Shown here in pieces: positions 1-9,509 of a stretch of DNA of 64,000 nucleotides. A program made the translations under genes and the position numbers. The DNA comes from Halobacteriovoraceae bacterium (GTDB lineage Bacteria; Bdellovibrionota; Bacteriovoracia; Bacteriovoracales; Bacteriovoracaceae), in assembly GCA_963719505.1 (NCBI GenBank), contig CAVRCF010000004.1, positions 192,001 through 256,000 of the forward strand, written 5' to 3'. The notes below the pieces were generated by a model. The model worked only from the letters and a program-made list of their open reading frames with translations, was not told the origin of the DNA and made no database searches. How positions within the stretch are numbered: the stretch's first letter is position 1; the number at the start of each line of letters is the position of its first letter.

Positions 1-2
1 GA

Positions 3-815
3 TATGGAAAAGATAAAAGAATAACGGACCTGATCAATAACACAGAAATTTATATTATGCCTTCAATGAACCCAGACGGTTCAAAAAATAGAAGAAGAGA
101 AAATGCAAATAGAGTTGATCTCAATAGAAATTTTCCTAATTGGAATTCAAAAAATAGTTCAACTCGTGGACGTGAGGTTGAGACGATAGCTGTTATGGAC
201 TTTCAAGCGAAAAGACAATTTGCTCTTTCTGCCAACTTTCACGGTGGTGCGGTTTGTGTTAACTACCCATGGGACTCGACTAAAGTACGTCACCCACTAG
301 ATGGTCTCTTAATCGATTTTTCTACACGTTACTCTCAGCCCAACCGCCCAATGTACTCTTCAAGAGAGTTCAAAAATGGGATCACAAACGGAGCTGATTG
401 GTATGTTGTTAAAGGTGGGATGCAAGATTGGTCTTACGTTTTTCACAACGACCTTCAGGTTACTGTCGAGTTAAGTGATGACAAGTGGCCAAGGTACTCT
501 GAAATACTGAGCTTCTATCAAGACAATAAAGAGTCAATGCTTGTTTACGCAGAGGCAATTCACCAAGGCGCAGGCTTTAAATCTGCAGATAAAAAGCCTG
601 GTACTGTGAAGATATCTCAAATTATTGGATCTCAAAAATTTGATAAAGGAAGCTTTGGCTTCAGAGGTGGAGAGTTCTATAAAGTTCTTCCTGAAGGTGA
701 GTACGAATTTGAAGTCATTCAAAAAAAGGGATTCTTTAGTAAGAAATCAACAACTTTCACGACAACAGTAGACGCAGATGTAATGGCACCAAACGGAAAC
801 TACACTCAAATATAA
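3..815 (+). CDS. M14 zinc carboxypeptidase, N/E (carboxypeptidase D-like) subfamily; 5' part lies outside the window
   Basis: Frame is open from position 3 (YGKDKRITDLINNTEIYIMPSMNPDG). Motifs RRENAN..DLNRNFP, SANFHGG..VNYPWD, GITNGADWY..GGMQDW and VELS..KWP, followed by a transthyretin-like tail. Confidence 0.9.
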   Translation, partial: YGKDKRITDLINNTEIYIMPSMNPDGSKNRRRENANRVDLNRNFPNWNSKNSSTRGREVETIAVMDFQAKRQFALSANFHGGAVCVNYPWDSTKVRHPLDGLLIDFSTRYSQPNRPMYSSREFKNGITNGADWYVVKGGMQDWSYVFHNDLQVTVELSDDKWPRYSEILSFYQDNKESMLVYAEAIHQGAGFKSADKKPGTVKISQIIGSQKFDKGSFGFRGGEFYKVLPEGEYEFEVIQKKGFFSKKSTTFTTTVDADVMAPNGNYTQI

Positions 816-833
816 TCAGTAACTTATAATACT

Positions 834-865
834 AAAGCCCACTTTATTAAAGTGGGCTTTTTTTT
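834..865 (+). terminator. Rho-independent terminator
   Basis: aaagcccacttt / aaagtgggcttt stem followed by a T-run. Confidence 0.85.
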
Positions 866-874
866 GTCAAAAAT

Positions 875-902
875 TGAAGTTTTAGGCCTTAAAAACCGAC
901 AA
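875..902 (+). promoter_or_regulatory. Putative sigma28 (FliA)-type promoter
   Basis: TGAA-N16-ACCGACAA versus consensus TAAA-N15-GCCGATAA; GTG start is 7 nt downstream. Confidence 0.45.
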
Positions 903-909
903 AGATACT

Positions 910-2274
910 GTGAAGATTTTAATTTTAGCTATATTTGCATTTAATGCTGTTGCTGACACATGCAACTTTCCTTTTTTTAAAAAGTACTCTGTTCGCTCGA
1001 GCAAAGAAGTAAAGCATCTCAATACGGCTTATAAGTTGGATTCACTAACTAAAAAACTCAAAAGCTACAATAAATCACTGCAAGATATTGAAGTCGACTT
1101 AATGAGAGGTGATACCACCACGGCTTTAAATAAATGGACCTATCCTTTCAAAAAAGTTGAAACAAGCTATATTGAGATCACTAATCATAGAAAGATGATT
1201 GATGCTCTAGAGGACTTTGATTCCCAAGGTCTCTCTTTTGGTCAATTTTTAACCCAAAAAAATATACCAAAATATCTTATCGATAAACACGCCTTAGACT
1301 TTCAAAACTCATCTGTTAATGACTATCTTAAAGTACTCAAAAAAGATCTTGATAGGCACTCAAAGACTTTGGGAAATAATATAGATACTTATCTTGGAGC
1401 AAAAGCCAAATTAAACTCTCTCAAAAATTCTCAAGCTTGTTCTCAAAGTTGTCAGGATGCTGTGGCAAAGGTTTTAAAAGAAACAAGCATAACGAGTAAC
1501 CAGTTTCGTGAACAACTGAGGCAAAGAATAGGCTCTCGCAGGTCAATTGACTCTGAAGATGTAAAAAGACTTTTAGAAACAGATGCAAAAGCCTTTTTAG
1601 TTTCAAAGAGAAAGGTCTTTATTACGGATATGGCCAAAAGACTTAAGTCTCTTTTTAATAATAGATATATTATGCAGGCTTTATTTATGACGGGGAAATT
1701 TAGCACTCTTGGAAAGACAAAGCTTCTTCTTCGTCTTTTTAATAGGGGATTTAATCATAGATACTTTAAACTCCACCGGCCTCTGTTAACAAAAGTGGGT
1801 TACTCTGACCTCTCGCCGGCGAATAAAATTAAAATGCTACAAAAAGAAATTGGTGAGTTAGATCTAGATGACGTGCTGGTTGATTTTTCTAGGGCCAGTG
1901 ATGGAAGGATTCAAAAATCTTTTGAAGACATCCTCCAACATATTGAAGGTAAACCTATATTCGCACCTTTGCACAAACGTGTTGTGGAAGCTCAAAAATT
2001 AGGCGCCAAACTTGGAAAGATATCGAGAACGAGTCCACGAAACTATGATTGGTTAGTTGGCTCAATAATTGTCGGTGGAGCAGCTTTAACCTATTTAAGC
2101 TTTGATACTGAGACAACAGAAGTTACACCAGCAGATCCGATGGATCCCAATCAAAATGAAGATCCAGATATTATTGAGATTGAATTTGATTCCGACGAAG
2201 ACACTCAGCTAATACAAGATTTTATCGATGCTAATGAAGATTTAAACATACTAGAATCTGCCGCTGTGCAATAA
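910..2274 (+). CDS. Hypothetical exported protein with C-terminal TM anchor and acidic tail
   Basis: 454-aa ORF; signal peptide MKILILAIFAFNAVA; hydrophobic WLVGSIIVGGAALTYL followed by a D/E-rich tail. Confidence 0.75.
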   Translation: MKILILAIFAFNAVADTCNFPFFKKYSVRSSKEVKHLNTAYKLDSLTKKLKSYNKSLQDIEVDLMRGDTTTALNKWTYPFKKVETSYIEITNHRKMIDALEDFDSQGLSFGQFLTQKNIPKYLIDKHALDFQNSSVNDYLKVLKKDLDRHSKTLGNNIDTYLGAKAKLNSLKNSQACSQSCQDAVAKVLKETSITSNQFREQLRQRIGSRRSIDSEDVKRLLETDAKAFLVSKRKVFITDMAKRLKSLFNNRYIMQALFMTGKFSTLGKTKLLLRLFNRGFNHRYFKLHRPLLTKVGYSDLSPANKIKMLQKEIGELDLDDVLVDFSRASDGRIQKSFEDILQHIEGKPIFAPLHKRVVEAQKLGAKLGKISRTSPRNYDWLVGSIIVGGAALTYLSFDTETTEVTPADPMDPNQNEDPDIIEIEFDSDEDTQLIQDFIDANEDLNILESAAVQ

Positions 2275-2279
2275 CTGTT

Positions 2280-2306
2280 TAAAGATTTCTTCTCACTCGC
2301 CGATAG
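2280..2306 (+). promoter_or_regulatory. sigma28 (FliA)-type promoter
   Basis: TAAA-N15-GCCGATAG, near-perfect consensus, upstream of SD aaggag and ATG 2331. Confidence 0.7.
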
Positions 2307-2330
2307 CGTATGTGTACAGAAGGAGACGCG

Positions 2331-3161
2331 ATGAAACGGATTTTAACTATCAGCACACTTACTTTATTAGCATCATGTGGGAGCTATCAATTGAGCTCAA
2401 TTGATGGAGTTGAGCGGGTAAAAATAAATCAAGATAGCTACTCTAAACCTCAGTTCTACGTAAAAAAGTTCAAGCCAACAAAAGCGAGTCGATCTATTGC
2501 TAGCGTCGATACAGGCCTTTCATTATCTAATAAAAAAGCGTACTTTCTAAGTTTATACAAGCAGTATGAACAATTTAACCAAATAACGAATGTTGAAGAT
2601 AAAATAAATTCATGCCCTCAGTTTCATAATGATCTTCTCACCTATGAAAGTGATTTATCTGGTGAGAACATTTCAAAAATTAATTTGGACTTTAGTGAAG
2701 TACTCATCGATAAAACAGCGGTAACTTCTTATCCAGTTCTCAGTCTTCCGTATGAGGGGACTGACCTCTATTCATATATTCAACACAATAAGGCGTGGAG
2801 TCAGTCAAAACAGATTGCCCTCAGTGCTCTTAAGTCCTATACGAAAGGTATAAAGAGAGAAATAGAGACGATGTGTGAGTTTGGAAATAGCAATGATTAC
2901 TATATTTATGAAAACATGATTTCTTATTATCGAAATAATCAAGACTTTATCTATTCATACCAAGCGTTACCTTCGGTTCTTAAAGTATCGCCAGTGGCAA
3001 ATATTTTTCTATTAGAGTCATTAAAGACCACTCCACAGAGTATTTCTGTTTTTGAGAGTAAATTGATGACCCAAATGAATATTCCTTGGTTTAAAAACTA
3101 CCTTTACGAAGTCAGTTTAATACGAAACAATAAGAGTAAGCGATTCGTATTAAAGGATTAA
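2331..3161 (+). CDS. Hypothetical lipoprotein
   Basis: SD aaggag before ATG 2331; lipobox LLASC. Confidence 0.75.
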   Translation: MKRILTISTLTLLASCGSYQLSSIDGVERVKINQDSYSKPQFYVKKFKPTKASRSIASVDTGLSLSNKKAYFLSLYKQYEQFNQITNVEDKINSCPQFHNDLLTYESDLSGENISKINLDFSEVLIDKTAVTSYPVLSLPYEGTDLYSYIQHNKAWSQSKQIALSALKSYTKGIKREIETMCEFGNSNDYYIYENMISYYRNNQDFIYSYQALPSVLKVSPVANIFLLESLKTTPQSISVFESKLMTQMNIPWFKNYLYEVSLIRNNKSKRFVLKD

Positions 3162-3165
3162 CGTT

Positions 3166-3849
3166 ATGTTTAAATTCTCTACTAATATGGCCATCGTAAT
3201 GATGGCTTTTTTTATTTCTTGTGGTCAGGTGGAAGAGCCTGGTAATTCTAAAGCCGTTGGTGGCATTTATTCTCTTGAAAATAGTGAACCCATCAAAGAT
3301 GCAGAACAAAATCTTATCAAGGAAACTTGTAGCCTGCTAAAAGATAAGAAAAGACAGATGAAGTCCGTTGCAAATAATAACCAAAATAGTTTTCAGTTTA
3401 AAGCCAAAAAAGAAGAATGCTCCAGTGCAGGCTTTGACTTTAATTATGCTGTTACAGTTAGAAATACTGGAAATGGCTTCGCTTTTAACCCTCTAGCAAT
3501 TGGTACCTTTGAAGGTTTTAGAGAAATTATTTTTGATGACTACGAGGGCCTAAATGACTTTTGCATTCAAGCCGATGCGGACTCCTTAAGTGAAAGAGAG
3601 GTCATTAACGGCAAGAACCTAACTTCAATTTCTGCCTCAATTTCAAGTGGTAATAAGTTAATCTCTTTGACCTATGCTAGAAAAGAAAGTGGCGATCTTT
3701 ATCGAGTTAGCTCTAATGAGAGCTTTCTTATCGTTAACGAGTATAAAGGACTCTACGGATTAGTTGTAAGAAGAACGACTTCTGATTCTTTAGGTTGTCA
3801 AAGTGGATCAAGAAAAAAATTCGCCGAATTAGTGGGTATTGATTTTTAA
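3166..3849 (+). CDS. Hypothetical lipoprotein
   Basis: Lipobox FISC; 4 bp after the upstream gene. Confidence 0.7.
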   Translation: MFKFSTNMAIVMMAFFISCGQVEEPGNSKAVGGIYSLENSEPIKDAEQNLIKETCSLLKDKKRQMKSVANNNQNSFQFKAKKEECSSAGFDFNYAVTVRNTGNGFAFNPLAIGTFEGFREIIFDDYEGLNDFCIQADADSLSEREVINGKNLTSISASISSGNKLISLTYARKESGDLYRVSSNESFLIVNEYKGLYGLVVRRTTSDSLGCQSGSRKKFAELVGIDF

Positions 3850-4932
3850 TTCGAAGACATCTCCGAATTCGGCTTTCACTTTATCTTGAATGATTTTAAT
3901 TTCATTAGGATCGAATTTCTCAATACCTTCTAGAGCACCTATCACTGAACCTATGAGCTGGGCATACGAGTCTGTATCGTGACCAAAATCTCTTGCGAGG
4001 GCGAATGCGGCCATGGGGTTGTTATTCTGATAAGCCATTTCTAAAAAAGCCAGACTTACCACAAAACTTGTTTTTGCTTCCCACCAGGTTTTCGCTTGTA
4101 GGTTCTCCTCTAGACTTTTGAAAAGATTTTTGGGCACACCTTTAGATCTTGTTACAAGATCTTCAGCTAGTTTTAAACTTTGAGATATTTCTCTTTCTAG
4201 ATAAGGTATATTTGAATACTGATAGGGATCAGTTTTGCGTAAAGTCTTCTTAAATCCTTCCCATGATGACCTCTCAGATAAAGCGTAGCTAAGTCCAGCA
4301 ATGATGGAACTGGTGTAGTCTTTTGCTACTCCTTGATCGATAAAATTAATTTTATATGAATGTTTGTAAGCGCTAATAGGATCATTGATAAAACTCAATG
4401 CTTCAAAGAGAAAAATCATCTGACCGGCTTGGGTTGGCAATCCTCCCCATAGTCTTTCCAGAGGCATAGATAATGGATGACTGCTATCTTGAATAAACCA
4501 CGCTGATCTCACATATTGATCGAGCCACTGCTTGTACATACCAGTTCTTTTTTTATGGAATGAGATATATGATTTTGCTAAGGAATCTTTTGTCACTTGA
4601 GTCTTTTCTCGCGCATCCCAGTAAATTATTTTATGTCTTGAATCGTCGGTAATTGTTCCGGCTTTTGCATAGTCAACCCAAGCCCCATAGGGTGAGGCTT
4701 TCATAGGATAATCGATGAGTTTTATTGACTCAGATAAATCTTTCCACTGATCAGATGATAACTTTTTATTTGCCGCTATAAGAGGGTGAAGGTTAACGGG
4801 TCTAAACTCATAGGGTCCACCAAAGCTATCACCATATAAAGAGCCCCATATAAGGCCTGTCTCTTTGGAGGATTGAGCGACTAGGTCGCTAGTTGATATC
4901 AATATAGCGCAACTTAGAGTCAGTTTTAGCAT
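3829..4932 (-). CDS. ADP-ribosylglycohydrolase (ARH/DraG) family protein with probable signal peptide
   Basis: Motifs GDSFGGPYEF, GTITDDS and GHDTDSYAQLIGSVIGA; N-terminus MLKLTLSCAILISTSDLVAQ if the start is 4932. Confidence 0.85.
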   Translation of the reverse strand: MLKLTLSCAILISTSDLVAQSSKETGLIWGSLYGDSFGGPYEFRPVNLHPLIAANKKLSSDQWKDLSESIKLIDYPMKASPYGAWVDYAKAGTITDDSRHKIIYWDAREKTQVTKDSLAKSYISFHKKRTGMYKQWLDQYVRSAWFIQDSSHPLSMPLERLWGGLPTQAGQMIFLFEALSFINDPISAYKHSYKINFIDQGVAKDYTSSIIAGLSYALSERSSWEGFKKTLRKTDPYQYSNIPYLEREISQSLKLAEDLVTRSKGVPKNLFKSLEENLQAKTWWEAKTSFVVSLAFLEMAYQNNNPMAAFALARDFGHDTDSYAQLIGSVIGALEGIEKFDPNEIKIIQDKVKAEFGDVFELKINTH

Positions 4933-5827
4933 AAAGCTTAATTTCTTTTTCAAAGGTTTCTCCGTGAAAATATTTAAATCTATGGCCCTTGTATTCAAGC
5001 ATTGTTTCATAGAAGTTTCCTAAATTAATTGTACTTAAGCATTTTACCTCAAAAGATAAATCTTCTTTAGTGGTGCTCAATTTTGATGTCGGTATAAAGA
5101 AGTCGTCCTCTAATAATGCACTATTAAAGAATGAACTAACTTCTTTTGGAATTGGTGAGCTTTGCAGCTCAAAAGGCGAGAAGCTATAGCTGCACTCTTG
5201 ACCTAGAAAGAGTATTTTTTGGCTGTAGGAGAGCGCTTCTTTTAGGTCGTGTGTAATTTGAATACAAATAGTCTTGTATTCTTCAACTAATAATGAAACC
5301 AGAGCATTGAGTTCAAACTTTATCTTTTCATCTAAAGCCGAAAATGGCTCGTCCAAAAGGAGTATCTTTGGCTTTAAGATAAGTGTCCTTGCAAGGGCCA
5401 CTCTTTGCCTTTGTCCACCGGAGAGCTCATGGATCCTTCTTTTTGAAAATCCCTCAAGCCCAACTTTACGAAGAAGTTCAATTGCTTCATTCTTTTGATC
5501 AAGCCCTAAAAATTTTTGTTTATTGTATTTGGTATTTAAAGGGAAAATTATGTTTTCAATAACATTGAGGTGGTCGAAAAGAGAGTCCTCTTGAAACATT
5601 ATTGAAAGAGGTCTTTGCCCAAGGGGATACTGTGAGAGATCTTCCTCACTTAATAAAATTGTTTTTGGATCAGTTTTTAGTTCACCGGAGATAAGCTTTA
5701 AAAGAGTCGTTTTCCCCACACCAGAATGCCCCACGATGGCGCTTCTTTCGCCTTTTTTAAATGACTGTGAAAGATTTGAAAAGAGAGGTTTCTCGTAAGA
5801 GAAGCTAAGATTATTTATCTTTAACAT
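4889..5827 (-). CDS. ABC transporter ATP-binding protein (YnjD/PotA-like)
   Basis: Walker A GHSGVGKT, signature LSGGQRQR, Walker B LLLDEP, H-loop. Confidence 0.95.
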   Translation of the reverse strand: MLKINNLSFSYEKPLFSNLSQSFKKGERSAIVGHSGVGKTTLLKLISGELKTDPKTILLSEEDLSQYPLGQRPLSIMFQEDSLFDHLNVIENIIFPLNTKYNKQKFLGLDQKNEAIELLRKVGLEGFSKRRIHELSGGQRQRVALARTLILKPKILLLDEPFSALDEKIKFELNALVSLLVEEYKTICIQITHDLKEALSYSQKILFLGQECSYSFSPFELQSSPIPKEVSSFFNSALLEDDFFIPTSKLSTTKEDLSFEVKCLSTINLGNFYETMLEYKGHRFKYFHGETFEKEIKLYAKTDSKLRYIDIN

Positions 5828-6575
5828 TTGATCTCCATTTAAATGATTTTTTTAGTAAGAGGTAAAAGATTATCAGCGGCAAAGTGTAGATCGCAATAAT
5901 CATTGTGGTCGTGACTCTATTATCAGATTGCATAAGAGGGTAAAGAATAACGGACAGTGTTTTAATTTGAAAATCTCCAAGGAGAAAGCTAATAATATAG
6001 TCATTAAAACTCCCCACGAAGACAAAAAAAGATCCTTGAATCAATGGCAACATGATCCTTGGAATAGTGACTTTATAAAAAGCTTCAATCTTTGAGGCGC
6101 CAAAGCTTGTGGCCGTAATCTCTGGTTTAAATCCTTCTGATGAAAGATAATCTTCAATAGGCTTGAGCATATAAGGATAGAGAACACAGCACTGGGCCAG
6201 CGCAATCCCATACACACTCCCTATGAGATTCATTTGATACATGAGTTCATAAAGACCTATAGAAGGGAGTAAAAGAGGTGCTAAAATAGGTATATAAAGG
6301 AGAGTTGAAAGAATAAATTTCGTTCTACCTTTTAGCTTCGCTAAAAAAAGAGAAGTGGGAAGACAAAAAAGAATACTAAAAAGAATACAGATAAAAGCAA
6401 TCTGAATTGATGTCACAAAGGAGGAAGTGATCTGGGTAAAATTAATATATTTAAAAGCTTGAGAAAAAGAGATACTTTCTGGAATGATTTTGGGGTACGC
6501 AAGCCTGGGGGTTGATATCCATAGAAAAAGCTGCACAAATAAAAAGAGATATAAAACATTTAAACCCTTTTTCAT
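5811..6575 (-). CDS. ABC transporter permease
   Basis: Six TM segments; EAA-like loop TATSFGAS. Confidence 0.88.
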   Translation of the reverse strand: MKKGLNVLYLFLFVQLFLWISTPRLAYPKIIPESISFSQAFKYINFTQITSSFVTSIQIAFICILFSILFCLPTSLFLAKLKGRTKFILSTLLYIPILAPLLLPSIGLYELMYQMNLIGSVYGIALAQCCVLYPYMLKPIEDYLSSEGFKPEITATSFGASKIEAFYKVTIPRIMLPLIQGSFFVFVGSFNDYIISFLLGDFQIKTLSVILYPLMQSDNRVTTTMIIAIYTLPLIIFYLLLKKSFKWRSNVKDK

Positions 6576-7321
6576 TTAGAATATCTTTTCTTTAGAAGAC
6601 TAGAGAAGAAAATGGAGGTTATAAAAATCAGCAAAACTTGTGCTCCTGATACCAGATTATCTTCTTCGTTTATGCTTTGAAAATTTTCGACAATTGATAC
6701 TGAGGTAAACTTATTGAATCCATTACCAAGCAAAGCGGGAACCTCATAATTGCTAAGTGCAAAGGCGAAGATAATGATTGCTCCAGATACTATTGGACTC
6801 TTCATCATGGGAAGATATATTTTTGTAAACAGCTCTACTTTAGAGCCCCCGAGAGATTTTCCCGTGTGAAGGGCATTCTTTAGCTTCTGAGAGTGGGTAG
6901 AGAGTAAAATAAGGTAAATGAATGGAATTTCTTTGAGAACATAGTTTAAAATGATTCCAATTCCTAATCTGTCATTTAACAACCCCATGGGTGTATTGAA
7001 AACTCTTGATACGATTCCTTCGTCAGAAAAGAAGAGAAAGACTAAGTAGGCAAAAGCTATGTGAGGAAGAAGAACGACAATCTCAAAAATCTTATTTGAC
7101 TTATAATTTCCATAGTAGATGCCGGTAAAAGAGATTACCGAACCTAGTGTTATCGTGATGATAGTACTGATAAGGGAAACTGCGATAGAGAAGCCAATAT
7201 TAGAGTTCTCTACAAAGTTAAAAGTAAGAGACCCTATAAAAGGTGTCAAAAGAGAAGATGTTGCCAGTAGGAACAATCCAAAGGGACTAACAAAGATGGC
7301 CAAAATCTTCAATGCTTTCAT
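6572..7321 (-). CDS. ABC transporter permease (YnjC-like half)
   Basis: PHIAFA and LKEIPF motifs, EAA-like GKSLGGS, YEVPALLG; ATGA overlap with the SBP gene stop. Confidence 0.88.
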   Translation of the reverse strand: MKALKILAIFVSPFGLFLLATSSLLTPFIGSLTFNFVENSNIGFSIAVSLISTIITITLGSVISFTGIYYGNYKSNKIFEIVVLLPHIAFAYLVFLFFSDEGIVSRVFNTPMGLLNDRLGIGIILNYVLKEIPFIYLILLSTHSQKLKNALHTGKSLGGSKVELFTKIYLPMMKSPIVSGAIIIFAFALSNYEVPALLGNGFNKFTSVSIVENFQSINEEDNLVSGAQVLLIFITSIFFSSLLKKRYSK

Positions 7322-8505
7322 TGCGCTAGCACTTTTTGTTTCCACATCTTCTCTATAAAAGGAACGTACAGACTTGGAAGTTCTCCAACTTTTTTATCAC
7401 TTAGTTCTTCAAGGCTTAAGGTCGCTTTTCCAAGTTCAATATTTTCGAAAGTTTTTTTGTCATCTTTTGAGAGCTTTGATGGTGAAAGAATAGTGAAGTC
7501 TCCCCAATTTTTTGGATTGAGTTTACTTGCTTGAGCGGCTGGTGACATAAGGAAATTGGCCGTGACTAGTGCGGCAGACTTTTCAGGTGAGTTAAAGGGA
7601 ATACTTAAAAAATGGGTGTTTGATAGTGAGCCCTCATTGAGAACAAAAGTTTTCGTCTCTTTTGGAAAAACACCTTTGTCCACCATTCGTTGGGCCGTGG
7701 TTGGGTAGTAATCCATTGTTATCCATGTTTTTCCATCCGAAAAAAGAGTATGAAGCTTTGAGACGGACTCTGGATAGTATTCACCCTTCCTATACAGAGA
7801 AGGCTTTATGTCATTGAGAAAAGTCCAAAGAGGTTTTGATTTTAGATTGAATTCTTTTTTATTAAATTCTTTTTGAAGACTTTTGTAATTCTCTTTTGAA
7901 GTTAGATTCATAAACGTTTGCCGAATAAAAGCTGAGCCTGTGAAGTCCGGTGGTGATGAGTAAGTAAAGCGCCCTGGGTTTGAAAGTATCCATTTTTTTA
8001 ATTCATCAATTGATTTTGGTGCTTTATCAACTTTGGATGCATTGTAGATAAAGACCATTTGTGCTGATCCCCAAGGGCTCTCATGACCACCGTGGCGGAC
8101 ACCAAAGTCTAGATTAATGGCATCTGATTTTTCATCAAGTAGTTTTGTATTTGGAAGATCTTTTAAATACGATCTCCATGTAAGACCCTTGTCTTTCATT
8201 GTTTTAAAATTCTCACCATTGACCCATAAAAGATCTATTGATCCTTTCAATCTTTTTCTTTTCTTTTCTTTAAGTAACTTTTGAATCGCTATTTGGGTAT
8301 CTGTTAGAGGTATTCTTTCGATAGAGATATCGTATTTGTCTTTGAGTTGAGTTTTTACATAGGTGTCAAACCAATTATTGATATTCTCATTCCCACCCCA
8401 AAGCGCCACTCTTACTGTTTTTCCTTTTGCTTGAGAGAGATTTTCTTTCCAGTCCAAACCAAGTGCGCTCGTTACCATGAGTATGAAGACGATGATACCT
8501 CTCAT
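7318..8505 (-). CDS. ABC substrate-binding protein, YnjB-like
   Basis: Signal peptide; WGG..NINNW, IDLLWVNGENF, ESPWG.AQ, RFTY..PPDFTGSAF and NTHFLSIPFNS motifs typical of the YnjB family. Confidence 0.88.
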   Translation of the reverse strand: MRGIIVFILMVTSALGLDWKENLSQAKGKTVRVALWGGNENINNWFDTYVKTQLKDKYDISIERIPLTDTQIAIQKLLKEKKRKRLKGSIDLLWVNGENFKTMKDKGLTWRSYLKDLPNTKLLDEKSDAINLDFGVRHGGHESPWGSAQMVFIYNASKVDKAPKSIDELKKWILSNPGRFTYSSPPDFTGSAFIRQTFMNLTSKENYKSLQKEFNKKEFNLKSKPLWTFLNDIKPSLYRKGEYYPESVSKLHTLFSDGKTWITMDYYPTTAQRMVDKGVFPKETKTFVLNEGSLSNTHFLSIPFNSPEKSAALVTANFLMSPAAQASKLNPKNWGDFTILSPSKLSKDDKKTFENIELGKATLSLEELSDKKVGELPSLYVPFIEKMWKQKVLAQ

Positions 8506-9509
8506 TTTTTCTCCCCGAAAAATGCCATAGGATTATCACCCATGATTGTCTCGTATGATCTTTTAAGTAAAGACTCTTTGAATGGCAGATCATCTGCAAG
8601 GGGGAGTTGGGAGACAAACATAATTCTTCTAAAGACTTCCACCGCTGCAAGTTTTAAAGTTAAGTTTTGGTCAAATGGTCCGTAGCTTGTGCAAAGGGCA
8701 TTAAAGACTGTCTCTCCCTGAGAGCACATCTCCAAATGAGCGATAAAAACAGACAGGTCAAATTCCGCGATACCATAAAAAGCAAACTCAGGATCTATAA
8801 CAAAGAGACCTTTTTGAGTTTTTAACCAACTTCGAGGATAGTAGTCTCCGTGAATAAGCGTTTGAGTCTCTCTCCAATAAAGTTCCTTTAATTGTTTGAC
8901 TCTTTTATTCAATTCTTTGTCTTTTTTATAGATCGAGCAGATGTCTTTTAGACCAGGAGTGACTTCATCCAGATTGATAGATGTGTTGAGTTGATCAAAG
9001 GGCAAATCGAAAATATAGTCTGAATTCAATTTTCTCATTTGTGTATTCTTAAACTCGGATTCCCTTGGAATTTTTATCCCATGAAGATCTCGAAGGTAGC
9101 TAATTAATTTTGCAAGATCCTCTTTTGACAGAATTTCCCCTGAATATAAGTTCTCGAAATCAGTGCCCCTTCCAAGATCCGACATGTAGAGAATCAGCTG
9201 GTCTTGATCGAAGCCCAAAATCTTTGGTGAGAAGGTTTGGAGATTTTCGGTTTTATTTATTTGTTGGTAGTACTTCAGCTCACTATTAATTCGCTGTTCA
9301 GGAGCTGGAATACTTGGAAATTTTGCACAATACGGGGGGGACTGTTTCATAATGACGCTTTCGCCATTAGGGCCATTAACGCGAAAAGCGTAGTTCATAT
9401 TTCCCTCGCCCGCACTTTCAAATGAAGTGACTTGGAAGTCACTTCCAGTCGTTTTGTTTAGATGAGACTGGACTTGTTCTAGTGTCCACTTGTTTATGTA
9501 GGTTTTCAT
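8502..9509 (-). CDS. 5-methylthioribose kinase (MtnK)-like phosphotransferase
   Basis: GEGNMNYAFRV, KQSPPY, HGDY and IDPEF motifs; ATGA overlap with the upstream stop. Confidence 0.8.
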   Translation of the reverse strand: MKTYINKWTLEQVQSHLNKTTGSDFQVTSFESAGEGNMNYAFRVNGPNGESVIMKQSPPYCAKFPSIPAPEQRINSELKYYQQINKTENLQTFSPKILGFDQDQLILYMSDLGRGTDFENLYSGEILSKEDLAKLISYLRDLHGIKIPRESEFKNTQMRKLNSDYIFDLPFDQLNTSINLDEVTPGLKDICSIYKKDKELNKRVKQLKELYWRETQTLIHGDYYPRSWLKTQKGLFVIDPEFAFYGIAEFDLSVFIAHLEMCSQGETVFNALCTSYGPFDQNLTLKLAAVEVFRRIMFVSQLPLADDLPFKESLLKRSYETIMGDNPMAFFGEKK

